Origin: the human T2T-CHM13v2.0 reference genome, Homo sapiens
Direction: 5' to 3' (one strand)
DNA length: 64,000 nucleotides
NCBI RefSeq assembly: GCF_009914755.1
Contig: NC_060937.1
Shown: piece by piece, positions 43,384-57,812 of the stretch
Layout: the number at the start of each line of letters is the position of its first letter
Position numbering within the stretch: the stretch's first letter is position 1
Program-made: the position numbers and the translations under genes
Notes under the pieces: generated by a model
The model's database searches: none
Seen by the model: only the letters and a program-made list of their open reading frames with translations
Told to the model about the DNA's origin: nothing

Positions 43384-45768
43384 TAGTAATTAAAGAAAGT
43401 AGCCCACCTTATTCTTAAATAAAACTTTTTAGGATCACCTGTTAAGATTGAAGAGGAAAAGGGAAAAAGGGAAGGGCACTCTCAACTGCATTTGATAATG
43501 ACAACATTAAGACTACTTTTTCACTTTATTGGTTCATTTGTGTAATTTAATTTCCACCCCCCACTTAAAGTTTTTAATTCCCTAACAAATCAGAAGTAAA
43601 TGTCTACTGATATAAATCTTGCTAATTTAGTTTTTATTTTCGTAAATGTTGAGATTTGTTGTTAACTGTTTGAAGTATTTGATACCTTAAATGTAATTAT
43701 TGAAGTTAAGGCATTAAAAGCAGAAAATTGGGTGGAAAGATAGTATGAGAGCGATTACTAAAGAATAATGTCTAAAGAGCCTACAATATCATAATTCCAT
43801 TTCAATTTATTTCTAAAGAAATATATACTTTGCATGTTTTAAAATTGAAGATATATTTGTCAGAGATGAAGCACCTGAGTTTAATCATATTTTCCTTATA
43901 ACACTTTTATTAGTATTTTTAATGGGTGTAATTGGTTTAGACAACTGTAGAGTTATTTTCTAAATAGGAACAATATTGCAAAATGGCAGTAGTAATAGTA
44001 AATGAGTAACCCAGTTTTTGCTAGGTCATAATATTGCTTCATTTCCTAAGTGCGTGAGAAAGATATAACAGAATGCTAATTATTTCTCTGAGTCAACAAA
44101 CATATTAAGCCCAGTATGCGTGCTTGTCTCGAAGTTTCCAGAATCCATCTTTTGTAAAACAGGTTTTAAATATTTTGTATTGATTCAGTATCTTTCTATG
44201 TAACTGATTGCTTCACAATATTCTTGTGTAACTTACTTCGATTTCTCACACTAACATCTCTAAATTAGAATATTACAACTGGAGCTGAAGCACATCAGTC
44301 CAAACTTTACTGACAATTAGTTTCAGAATTTTTCACTTTCCATTAATTTTTTAATGTAAATGTATGATGACATTTAGACAATGTGATTGGGTCTTTCTGG
44401 AAAATTTCTTTAATGTAGAAGTGATTGTGACCTGAAAGCACAATTCATGGCCAGGGACCACTTATTTGGAGGGTTATTCATTATTTGAACTTTGTTATTT
44501 CATAACTAGCGTTTCTTATTGAAAATATGTAGCATATAAGTAATCACAACAATGGTTCTGAAACACATCCTTGACTAGAAATTATTTTTAAAATAGGAGC
44601 CAAATCCTATGCAATAGAACATTAGGTGTCAAAATGGAACCCACATTTCTATTCTTTTTTTATCTTGACTTATTAGGATTAATTATAATTAACTAGGCAT
44701 TTTTACTCAGCTTTTACATTTAGCAGAAAAGAAAATTTAGATTATTTAGTTTTATTTACTTTATGAGTCTATTCTGAAATAGCCAGATCCAATATCCTAT
44801 TACTGATGTCATTTAGTTACATACATTGTTTTGGATAAGTTTACCTCAGTAGGTACAGCCTATATTTGAATACGTTTTTGTGGTTGAAAAAAAATCTTCC
44901 TGAATTTTACTTTTAAAGATTGCCTGTAGAGTGTACACGTTTTACTCATTTTAAGTTCTTCATTAAAATCTCAATTTTAATGAATCTTTAAAGCTGGAGG
45001 TGCTGATGTTTCTAATTAACATGTCAGAAAGGTGTTTAGCATGCTTCCCCCATGATATCCTGAAGCCAGACTTCTGAGCTGTGTACCTGGAAGGTGCGTC
45101 TGTGTGCCTGGGGGTAGACATGCCATTTTTTGAAGATAAAATTTGCTGTTTGTCTAATTATCTTATCAGTGAAGGCAATCAGACTAAGTAAGTGGAGTAT
45201 TTAAATTTCTGTTTGTCAGTATTTTATTGTATCTCCATCCCTTCCCTCCTCCCCATTTTGTCATACTTCCTTCCAGAGCATCTCTGATCAATATTTGTAT
45301 GTTTGTTTCTTATACTAAACTCTCTTTACTAGATAACTTTTCCTAATACGTTCTTTGTTAGAGTATTTGTTTCTTTTGATTTTGGCAAAAAAAAAAGGGG
45401 GTTTGACTTTTATGGCATAAATTTTTCACTTATTTTGACAACCTTTGACCAAAGGAAACGAGTAGAGCTGGTGTTCACTATGGACTTATCAGCCAGCTAT
45501 GTATGGCACTTCCAGATATACTGGGAACCTATTGGGTAAAAATGTAACCAACTAGGTATACATATGGAAACTTTGAAATACATATGGAAACTTCCAGGTA
45601 TGTGTAAACCTTCTGTACACCCAATATTAATTTAAATTTTATGAGAATCCACCAGGAATTTTAAGACATGATCTTTATCTGTAAACAAGTTCATGACATT
45701 TAATTTTTTGTTAAATAGGAGTTATTAAATATTTAAATGTATGAATAAGTGAAATGCGGAGAAGAGAG

Positions 45769-45840
45769 TGTATTGGTCAGGGTTCTCCAGAAAAACAGAG
45801 CCAATAGCCAAGAGGGTATGGATCTATACAGAGATAGAGA
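45769..45840 (-). mobile_element. MLT2 LTR terminal fragment
   Basis: TGTATTGGTCAGGGTTCTCCAGAAAAACAGAGCCAATAG. Confidence 0.7.
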
Positions 45841-45844
45841 TGGA

Positions 45845-46033
45845 TTTTTTTTTTTATTGAGATATAGTCTCGCTCTGTCACCCAGGCTTGAGTGCAGTGG
45901 CAGGATCACAGCTCACTGCAGCCCCAGCCTCCTAAGCCCAAGTGATCCTCCCACTTCAGCCTCCCAAATAGCAGGGACTACAGTTACAGGCCACTATGCC
46001 CAGCTAATTTTTGTATTTCTTGTAGAGACTGGG
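45845..46033 (-). mobile_element. AluJ-type right arm, truncated, antisense
   Basis: GATCACAGCTCACTGCAGCC...CAAGTGATCCTCCCAC (J-type diagnostic). Confidence 0.9.
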
Positions 46034-48409
46034 TAATTAAAATTTTCTTTTAGTCCTGCTAAGCTGAAAGAGGTTGCTTAATACATTTGTGGGTTACATT
46101 CAGCGCGATGTTGTTCACACCATACTTTATCAGCATTTGATGAAGGTCAGGGGTGGGCCTGGATGAACCTGCCTAAGAATACCTTTGTCAGTAGTAACTA
46201 TCTGTACATGGTCATGTGTCTGAATCAAATAAACTATAATATTTGCATATTACTAAAGTTTTGGTGAAGATGCCTATGTTAGTCGGTATTTAAGACACAG
46301 GGTTGGGTTGAAGTTTATCCTTCCTGTTGGTGCTGTGGACATGGCCTTACACATGCTTTCTGGTCACCTTCTCCCCTGAGGAGGACTTCAGCACCTGTTC
46401 AGCCTCGCCTGCGGCATATTTCTGTGTGCATGCGCGCTGCCCTCTTCCTGTACAGAACCCTCCCTAGGCTGAGGATGTCTTGGTGTGAGTTAGAGAAAGT
46501 TCTGCCCACCTCTCCCTCCAGTCAGATGCAGCTCCCCAGGCCTTGAGTTGTTAAACTAATCCTACCATCTTCGAGGCCAGGCCAACCCACACTTTCTGAG
46601 CAAAAAGGTATTTTTCTCTCCATTTCACAGCTTCACTCACTGAAATATCAGCAGTTCTGGGTGTGTGTTTCTGGCTGTGTTTATGCTGGACACAAGGCTC
46701 GGGGATGAGTTCAGGCTGCGGTCAGCCCCTTAACCGTTGTCCAGGGCCTTCTGTGCAAGACACAGCCACCCTGTCTGTCTCCACCCCCCGGCTCTCCCAA
46801 CTAGACGTTTCCAAGAAACAAATAATTGGCCATACGATCATTCACTATGTGTAAGGTGTCAAGAGTTTTGAATTTGTTTCACCAGATGTTTTGAAATATT
46901 TCAACTGATTAGAAAAATATGGATGAACTATTCTGGGAATGTCACAAGACCCGAAGACTTTCTGAATGTGTAATTTGTTAAAAGGATTCTGTTCTTTTCC
47001 TGAATTTATTAGATTCTGTTCTTTTCCTGGAGACCACTGACAAGATTTTCTCTTTCCAAACAAAACAGTTTGTGACTCATATATTAATACTTTCCAGGTG
47101 GAGACTTGTGTATCTGAACGCATGGTTAATAAAAAGTTGTACTCATATTCCTTGAGGAGGGGGAGACTTAAAATTTAAAATTAGTTAATATGTTTCAGAT
47201 AGTTCGAAAACAATACAGAAAAGAATTTCTGTTTTAGGAGCAAAGTGAGGGTGCATGGGCAAAAAGCAGCACTTGGCCATCGTCATTAGCAAAGTGTGCT
47301 GTCTTTATTGATACCAACTGTTTAATTTTGCCTTATTTGGCTTCTGTTTATATATTAAACATCACCAAGTAAAAAATAGCTCTGCGCACAATAGAGAAGA
47401 CACTGTTCCTTTGTATTCGCACAGCAGATAAAAAAACTGAGCAACACATTGTGTTTGTACTCTGCGAGTCTCTGACTTGGTGAATGGACTAAACAAGTTT
47501 GTCTTTAAGTAGTAACATTTTTATTTATACTTGAACCTTCAATCCCAGCATGCCTTGGGTACACAAGTAGGCACACAAGGATTGTTTCATGCGCGCTGAT
47601 CTCTGCGCCTGCTGAGTGGGGCCACACCTGCACCCTGGAGACACAGTAGGTGCGGCCTCAGGGAGAGCACACAGGCCTTTGAAGTTCCATGGGGATGTTT
47701 TTGGCAAACAGTCAATGTTTGTATTTGATCTTTGAATCATATCTATTCCCACTCCTTAGAGTGATGCTTCATGCTGGATGGGAACATTTTTTGTCTGTGC
47801 CTCCACATAGCACTTCTTGAAAGAAATCTCCAGTGTGGACTCCTCTGTTCAAAAGGAAAACCCTCCTGTGATTTAGTCCATGGCTTAATCTTACTTATGC
47901 GTTCTCAGGTGACACAAGAAACTTATTCCAGAACTAGTTTTACTTTGCCTCAAAGCAAAAGTATTAGCACACACACCCACACTCACACCTCACACCTCAC
48001 ATATATACACAAATTATTTTGGCTATGTTATGGACTCACTTTGGAAGACATAGCATCAGCCTGCTCTTTGTTGTCAGGACAATAAACAAGTTGGTTAAAT
48101 GGATGAGTTAATTAGAAATAGCACATAGTCAACAGTTGTTGTTACAGACTTATTTTCAATAAATTTAACTTGTAATGAAAACCATTTCTTGTCCAAAGCA
48201 CAAGTCGAATTTTATACAATTGTAACACATATTCATCTGGTTTGCCACTGTTTCTTCTGTAAGAACGAAGATAACTGTATTGCTGGAGAAGGTGTGCTTT
48301 TTTCATACTGATTGATAAAATTTTAATTTAGAAACTTAGTCTAAAGAAGGCACCATCAGGCTTTGTGAAAAAGGGGAGTGCGAAGAACCAAGGAGCTTAA
48401 AAAGCAAAA

Positions 48410-50010
48410 GATCTCCTAAAACTAGTGAGTTCAGCGATTGACAGGATATGAGATCAGTGCGCAAAATCAATCACATATATTAATCATTATGTATTAACAG
48501 TGAACGTGTGAAAACTGCAATTTAAAACATAACACCCTTTCCAATTTCTCCAGGAAAATTAAATACTTAAGTATACACTTAACAAAACATGTACAGAATC
48601 TGGAGGCTGAAAATGAAAAAAAAATACCAATGAAAGAAAAAGAGACTTATAATGTTCATTTATTGGAAGATTCAATATAGTAAAAATGCCAATCATCCCT
48701 AAGGTGATTTATAGGTTTAGTGTAATTCCTGTTAAAATCTTAACAATATTAAGACACGTATGGAAGCTTATTCTAAAATTTGTATGTAAAGGCACAGAAC
48801 TTCTAATAGCTAAAAAAAATAATGCAAAAGAAGAATAAAATCAGAGGAACTACTCTACCCATATTAAGGCCTACCATGCAGCTAGAGTAATCCAGACATT
48901 ATGGTATTGGTAGACAGACAGACACAAAGATCAAAGGAAGAGAAGGGAGAATACAGAAATAGACTCACACAAATATACTCACACACCAAAAGGTGATTTT
49001 TTGATGAACATACAAAACAATCGAGTGGAGGAAAGATCAACTTCAACAAAAGGTGCTGGACAACTGGGCATCCATAGGCAAAACAAGCAAAAAAAAAAAA
49101 TAGTAAAGCAAAGCCAAAATCTCACATATTATGGAAAAAATCAAGGTGATCAGAGACCTAAATGTAAAGCATAAAGCAATACAATTTTTAGGGAACAAAA
49201 GAAGGAAATATTTGGGATCCATGACTAAGCAAAAAGAACTTAAGCTTGACATCAAAATCATAATCCACATTAGGAAAAATTGATAAATTATATGACATCA
49301 AAATTTAAAACTCTTATTCAGAAGACTTCATTAAAAATATCAGACAAGGTTCAGGCTGGGAGAAAATATTGCAACCTTCATATCCAACAAAGGACTAATA
49401 TTTAGAATATATAAACAGCACTCCAAATTAACAGTAGGAAAATAAAAATTGTTCTAGTCCAATTAGAAATGGGCAAAAGACATGAAGGGATATTTCACCA
49501 AATATGAATATACGGATAGCACATAAGCATGTGGAAAGGTGTTGAGTGTTATTAACCACTAGATAAACACACATTAAAACCCTGATAAGATACCACCACA
49601 TACCTATCAGAACAGCTCATGAAAAAACATTGTGACAGCATCAAATGCTGGTGAGGATGTGAAGAAACTCACTGCCCCCTGCATTGCTGGTGGGAATGTA
49701 AAATAGTGTACAGCCGTGCTAGAAAAGAGTGTGACAGTTTTTTATAAAACTATAGATGCAACTACCGTATGACCCAGATATTGCACTTCTCAGCATCCGA
49801 CCAAGAGAAGTGAAGGTGTATGTTTACATAAACACCTCTATGTAAATGTTCATAGTAGCCTTATTCATAAGAGCCCCACTAGGAACACTCTAGATGTTTC
49901 TCAGACGGGTAAGTGGCTAGACACACTGCTGTGTGTTAACACTGGAATACTGCTCGGCAGCAGAGTGGAACAGTTTAGCCGTACACAGCATGAATCCACA
50001 GAAAACTGTG
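48410..50010 (+). mobile_element. Old L1M (end of ORF2 plus 3' UTR)
   Basis: ATGTTCAT.TATTGGAAGA.TCAATAT; ATGGTATTGG; GCTGGTGAGGATGTG.AG.AA; TTGCTGGTGGGAATGTAAAATAGT. Confidence 0.85.
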
Positions 50011-50139
50011 CTCCCAGTTTTTGATTCATAGTTTGGTAGAGCTTCTTTATTTTTCCCTTTCGAAAAATTTGTATTGAGAACTTTATAAACTTGATAACAG
50101 ATGTAGGGATGATTTAAAAGCATTACCTTCCTCAAAACG

Positions 50140-50187
50140 TTTTTTTGTTTTTGTTTTTTACTTTAAGTTCTGGGATACATGTGCAGA
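50140..50187 (-). mobile_element. Extremely 5'-truncated L1PA 3' end
   Basis: Poly-T followed by TACTTTAAGTTCTGGGATACATGTGCAGA. Confidence 0.75.
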
Positions 50188-50919
50188 GCTTCTTTTTCTT
50201 ATGATTACGCGTAATACTTTTTGATATTTAGAAAGACTGGGGAATATGGAAAAGAACAAAAAAAGAAGAAAACGATTGGTATGCACCACGAACACCTGTC
50301 TTGGAGAAACCCCTGTAGATGGGTGCTCAGATTCTTCCAGCTGCTGTCTATTCCTTCCTTTTAGTTGCACTTGGTTTTCTTGGGACTTTTGTGACTAGCT
50401 CATAGGGAGACAGAAAAAATGCCAAAACCTCATGATATGAAGTTAATCAATGGAAAGTGAATTATGCATCAACCTAGAGGCCGTGGAGAGCTGGGAGGAG
50501 TGGGCGTCTGATGATGAACACTGTGAGGGCAAAGGCTGTGGGGTTGGCTGGACGCCTTCCCCAGGGCCTGTATGTTCCCCAGGATATCCCTGCCAATTAA
50601 ATACCTGTTGAAATTATGTTATTAAGTGGCACTTTTCACAGCAATTATGACTTTTATGTGATTTGACACTTTAAGAACATAGAAGTTTATTTTTCCTAGA
50701 ATTTGCTGTAAGGAGAAATAACCATGCAATTATTATTTAACCAAATAATAATTGGTTAAAATTTGGAGTGAAGAAATGAACAGTATATAAATTAATAAAC
50801 AATGGCGATGTAGACAGATTTCTGGTGAGGAAAGATATTAACTAGTCTCCTTCAGTTGCCAACTCAACCCAGCACTTAAGATCAAGACACCTCTTCACTG
50901 CTTAAAAAATACAACTATC

Positions 50920-51257
<338 letters not shown>

Positions 51258-53552
51258 CGATATATAGTTGATATCAGTGTTATTAAAATTTCTATGGAAT
51301 TGGACTACCAAATTTCTACAGTGTTTTTATCCTTTTTCTGTAAATGAAATGTAGGAGGCTTTAGGAATTGCTGACTTTCAGGAGAGGTGGAACAGAAAGA
51401 CCTTCAGTGCGTCCCATCCGCCTTGCAGGAAACTCCTAAGCTTGAGAGACACTGGGCTCAGGGGCAAGACGGGGTGTGTTGGTTCGCCAATGACTAGCTT
51501 CACAACTTTAAACAAACTTCAGTGCCCTTATTTCTGAAATATGTAAAATAATGGCTTCTTTTGTGAATTGTTGTGGAGACTAATGGAGGAAGTGCCTCAA
51601 AAACACCCAGTGGAGAATTTGGCCCATCAGTATCAAGAAATACTAGTTCCCATCGCCTTTCCCTTTGAGTGGAATTAAACAGTATTAATCCATCTGTAGT
51701 TTTTATTCCTCTATAGCACCAATGTTAACAGTCTTCTACCCCATGATAGAAACAACAGCCAGAATATTCCCTTGATCTGCCAATCTTTTAAAAACAAAAC
51801 AGCAATTACTCTTCACAAATGCTCTCTGAAATTTCTGACTCTGCACATGGAGATATCTAGATACTGCCAGTGTTCCAAGTTCCAAAGAGGATAAGAAAAT
51901 AGGCTTAAGCTATAGATATGCAATTTTGACTCATAGAAGAATAATATAGAAGATACTGAATATTAAGTTAAAGGGTATGAACGCTAGAGGTTATGTGACC
52001 ATGAATCAATAATGGGGCAAAATTGGAAACTCTCAGATGAAACTCTTGCTTTGATTTATCTAGGATGTTTCTCAACCACTGTGTTGAGATTAGTGGGATA
52101 ACATCTGTGGAGCTGAAGCGAGTCCACTGGCCACTGGGAAGTCCATGACCCATTACCCACCATTATTCTTACCTATTTCAAACTGTTAAAAAACAAAAAA
52201 AGTCTGGGAATGCCATTGTAACATTGCATCAATGATTGTCAACTTTCAGGTGATTCACGTCAGTATACAACAGCCAAGTGTAAACTACGATCTTTTCCTT
52301 TTACCTATTTGTTACTTTTATCTGTCTGAGGAGTATAGAAAAGCATATTTTATGGTTTAAGATGATTAAAATTTTTCAAAATGTTTATTTTACTCGGCAC
52401 AGTTATTTATTTGATTAAGAGCTTCATTAATGACAGAGTACATTGACTAAAAGTTGCCTGCATAGGCAAGATGTAGTCATTCTGGGAAATACTCACATTC
52501 TGTACATGCATTGCAACCTGAGTGTAGGAGGCATACCACATGCAATATCTCATTTGTCATTCACAAAATCACTGTGAACTAGAAATGGAGAATTTTTAAA
52601 CCTATTTTTAATATATTTTTACTCTGTTTTACCGATAATAAAGATTTAAATGTTTTGAGTTTTGTTTTTTTTTTTTTAGAAATTGTCAAATATTACTTAA
52701 ATATGTCTCCAGATTCTTGGTTTCCATATTTTACCATGCATATTTTCCAAGTTTTTTTGCCCTTATGTGAGATTTCGTGATGGAGTGATGTCAAAGGGAA
52801 AATTAGTATTTTTAATCTCCAAAAAATAAACATGTAGTTTTTTTAATTCCCATTTTAAGATATAGTTTTGCTGATAATTAAGAACCTCATTTCTAGTGAA
52901 ATCATCCTAGATGCTTTTGAATAGTGGGAGAAGTTTAAGCATTGTATAAAAGGCATTGTGTTTTTTTCTTCGTCTTTATGACAAGTTTTCTGGCTACAGA
53001 GGAAAATGCTCACAACCAAGCTGAAGCCATCTTTCCTGCCATCAGGCAAACTGCCCTTTCAGATTGTCTGTTTTGAATTGGTTCCCACCTGACCCATTAC
53101 GTAGTTAACAGACCTGTCTGCAACTACCGGGATTTCTTCACAGGGCTTCGTCTACCCAGAATTAACTGAAATAAACATGCCGCTGTATTCGCACTTTCTC
53201 ATGGAGCAGGTCATAGCTGCTGTAAATTCTAGGCTAAAAAGTAAAATAAAATGGAGGATGGGGAGGTTTAAAGAAATACTTAAGCTAGCTGGTGCAGGGC
53301 TGCAGGGAGCTTACTAATTAATTACTTATCAAGAATTGTAAAAGAAATTTTTTTTTGCCCCTTTGACTCTAATGAAAACAGGAGCCAATTGTTATTTGCA
53401 AAACAAGTGGCCCCTCAATGGATTATTAACCTGTGCAATGATCAAGTAAGTCAGAAAAAAAGAGAATGTCAGGAAGATGCATAGAAACCTGCTGCGAGGA
53501 CCAGAAGTATGGAGAGGGGTTACAGTTTTTTATCATTAAGGTTTATCACTAG

Positions 53553-53855
53553 GGCCAGCGTGTGGTGGCTCACACCTGTAATTCCAGCACTTTGGGAGGC
53601 CAAGGCATGCAGACTGCTTGGGATCAGGAGTTCAAGACCAGCCTGGGCAACATGGCAAGACCCTGTCTCTACTAAAAATACAAAGAATTAGCCAGGCGTG
53701 GCGACATGTGCCTGTGATCCCAGCTATTCGGGAGGCTGAGGTGGGAGGGTCACTTGTGCCTGGGAGGCAGAGCTGCACTGAGTTGAGGTCACACCATGCC
53801 CTCCAGCCTGGAGACAGAGCAAGACCCTGTATAATAATAGTAATAATAATAATAA
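53553..53855 (+). mobile_element. Alu (J-type) with (TAA)n tail
   Basis: Diverged dimeric Alu; GCCTGGGCAACATGGCAAGACCCTGTCTC. Confidence 0.9.
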
Positions 53856-54597
53856 ACATTTATTGCTAAAGGTTTATAGATTGCAGACAGAAAGACCCTC
53901 TGACCATGGTAAGCCAGTTTCTTACTGATATCATTGTCCTTGACCTTTTCCTGTTCCACTGCTCCAAACCCCAGCTTGCTCACCCTCCATCAGGCATTTG
54001 AGGAGCCCTAGAAGAAGTAACACCACCCCAGGAGCTGGTCGCCACTGCCACCTGGGCACGGCATCCTGCGGCATCAGCTGAGCTCCTGCTGCTCTCTGCT
54101 CCGCAGCTGTGTCCCTTCTCCGCAGCAAATGTCTTAGGTTCCCACGACCTTCACCTAGTCATCGAAACCTCCAACCTCTTTCTCTCCTGGAAAAACCAAA
54201 GCCACAACCATTGGTTGCCCTGCTCCCCTGAGATGGCACCAGCCTTCAGGGTCATGTTTGTCACCTTACCTGTGTCGTCCTAGAAAGTCAGGTCATTTCT
54301 GCAGCGAGAGGCAGACCTTCCCTGTGCACCAACTCCACACCCTCTCCTTACCTCATCCATGTCCCCCTCTTCAGGATTTTCCGCAGCTCCTTTTCTTGAA
54401 GTCTTTTATGTGGTTTTTTGGTGCTTCTATCTCAGCAGATTCATATTCCAAAGTCTCTCCCACACCCCACTCCAGCCCCTAGATTGTTCTTCCACCATCA
54501 GCCGAGATTGGGGAAAAAGAAGTTCTCACAGATCCAGCTCACATGGCCACCATGGTCTGCTTCTCCCTTCCAATTCCAGGAAACATTCCCTTTGTCA

Positions 54598-54996
<399 letters not shown>

Positions 54997-55059
54997 TCAG
55001 ATTTTTTGTAACATTCTTACTCTGTCCTGGACACGCCATTCTTTCCTCAGCCCTAATTC

Positions 55060-56050
55060 CAGCGTCTCATTTTGAGTGAGCTCACCCACTCCCATGGTTT
55101 TAGCCTTCTGCGTATTGATGACTTCCAGATCCTATTCTCTAGTGTTTTTCTGAATTCCAGATCTTTATAGCTATTATTTCTTGGGACTACATTTAAACTT
55201 TAACAAGTAATTTAAAGTCAATATGTCTAATATCAAATATAAGACTTTATCTCTCCAGAAACCTATTCCTCCTCTTGAGAATGTTTTCCAGTTGAATGGG
55301 CCCGCAATCCACCCTGTTTTCCCAGACAGAGACTTGCTACTCATCATGAGCTCCCTGCTTTCCACCTCCCCGTGCCCAGTTCACCCCCTTGTACTGCCAG
55401 CTCTCTCTCCTCCCTTCCCCTCTCCCCATCCGTCCTCTTCTTCACCACTGCTGGCCTCTCATTGGGCCACACACTCCCCTTACTTGCCTTACCTCTTTGC
55501 AGGTAATCTTGCCCTGGGCTACCAGGATATTCTTTCCAAGGCGCCAACATGATCATGCCACTTCTTTGTTGCAAGGCCCTCAGAGCTGCCTGTCACTTCC
55601 AAGACATGACAAACTCTTTTTTTTTTCCAAGCTATACAAAGCCCTGGCTACTTCTCCAATCTCATCAATCTTTGCTCATCTCACCGTAGGCTCCAATTTT
55701 GCACACATGGATATATTTTCCCCGTATGCATCATGCTTGACCAATTCTTTCTGCTTTGTCCATATTCTAATTATTCCAGGGATAACCTGAAAGCCTGGGA
55801 GTTGCTTGGCAAATTCTTGGAATCACAGCCTGCCTTTCGCCACTGTGTTTCCTCATTGCCTACTTCTGGTTGCAGCCCCTTCCTGCACACTTATACCTAG
55901 ACTCTATCTCTCTGATTTTACCTCCCTTATCTGTGCCCCTGGATAGTTTATTTTGCTGTTGTTGAGTCCTTTTCCTTCACATTCTCAGCTGCTTGGTATT
56001 GCCTGTATTAGATAGGTGATTCGTACATGTTTGTTGAGGGAAAGGAGTAA
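55060..56050 (+). mobile_element. L2 3' fragment
   Basis: CTCCCATGGTTTTA...GATGACTTCCAGATC; ends ...ACATGTTTGTTGAG. Ends approximate. Confidence 0.65.
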
Positions 56051-56123
56051 ATCAATGGCATAATCAACCATCTCATTATTGAAAAGTACCAACAAGGAAA
56101 AATAATAACTTACTATAAACTAG

Positions 56124-56505
<382 letters not shown>

Positions 56506-56785
56506 CATGAATCACTTGTGACCTTCTCCTGTCACAAGGAAAGGTGCAGCTAAGATGAAAACCGAGTAAAGCAATGTAAATATGTCCTGGTACAACAAGA
56601 ACTAATGTTTTCCTTTCCTGAGATATCATGTGCTGTGATGCACCAAATGCTTTGAAAACACGTGGGGACACCATGTCCAGGTGATTCCCATCATTTTAGA
56701 GATCAAATACGGCAGAAGTGACTTTTAACCACAGAAGTCTGACCGGAAGCCAGGCGATAACGTTACGTGCCTTGTCTCCTAACAG

Positions 56786-56897
56786 GTATTTGAACCAGAC
56801 CATACAGGATGATGCATCCACAGGGGAGCGTTCTCTGAACAGGGAGAAATTGGCTGTTTTGAAACGAGCCCTGAATGTAGTTGGCTTCAGCAGCTTG
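56786..56897 (+). CDS. MYO16: MYO16 coding exon (112 nt): [37 protein letters not shown]
   Basis: cttgtctcctaacag|G ... TTG|gtgagt. Phase 2 to 0. Completes the CG|G Arg codon across the 47,518-nt intron (9268-56785). Myosin YLNQ...AL.vvGF pattern. Confidence 0.96.
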
Positions 56898-57204
56898 GTG
56901 AGTCATGTCATAAATATTTCACTGAGAAAATCAACCTTCTACTAATTTATAAAAGTTATTCATTCAAAAGCATTTACTGAGCCCCTATGACATTCCAGAT
57001 GTTGCCGAGGACACTGATGATTCGGCAGACAACAAGCCCCAATCCCTGCCTCCTAGAGCTGACATGCTAGTGGAGGCAGGGGGCAGGACTTCATCCACAT
57101 GTTGAGGAAGAAAGGAACTAGGAAGAAAACAGAGCAGTCAGCAGAGAGTGGCAAGAGGAGAGGGTGCAGTTTCCAAGAGGGTGGACAAGGAGCCCTTTCC
57201 CAAA

Positions 57205-57375
57205 ATGAATATAATATATACATTATATATATTTTTAAATATATATTTATAATATATCATTTTAAAATATTTAAAATATATTTTAATCATAAACTTTATA
57301 AATTATATTTATAAAATATAATTTAATATATTTAAATATATATAATATTCAACATATATATTTTATATATGTATC
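57205..57375. repeat. AT-rich low-complexity tract
   Basis: Seen directly. Confidence 0.85.
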
Positions 57376-57599
57376 CAAAACAGATCAAATAACTTTATAC
57401 TTGATCAACTCATGAAAAAACTGGTAAACCTGAAGTAACTGTTCATGTAAAGAATCACTTGAAAATTAACATAATCACCTTGTTAAAACATCTTCTTGAA
57501 CAATATAAATGTTTTAATATTGTCATATTTAATTGCACAGAATGGCCAAGTACCTGCAAGCATTATGAAGCTGAAAAATTACACTTTAAAACTTTTAGA

Positions 57600-57812
57600 T
57601 CATGGCCGTGCCGTAGAAACATCTATGATGATGGAAAAGTTAGTGACCTGCATGGTGCTGTACCACAGGGTAGTTTCCAGCCACGTGTGGCTCCTGGATG
57701 CTTGAAGTGTGGCTAGTGGGCTGAAGAAATAAATGTTTAATATTTCTTTATTTTAATTAATGTAAATTGACATAGCCATGTGTGGTTAGTGGTTACTGAA
57801 TCAAACAGCACC
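57600..57812. mobile_element. MER3 (hAT-Charlie)
   Basis: TAGAAAC.TCT.TGATGATGGAAA...AGCCACGTGTGGCT...CTTGAAGTGTGGCTAGTG...ATAGCCATGTGTGG.TAGTGG.TAC. Confidence 0.8.

Noticed and set aside
46985-47029. Small local duplications (also ~12508-12560 and ~45559-45593)
   Set aside because: Ordinary slippage duplications of 20-27 bp.
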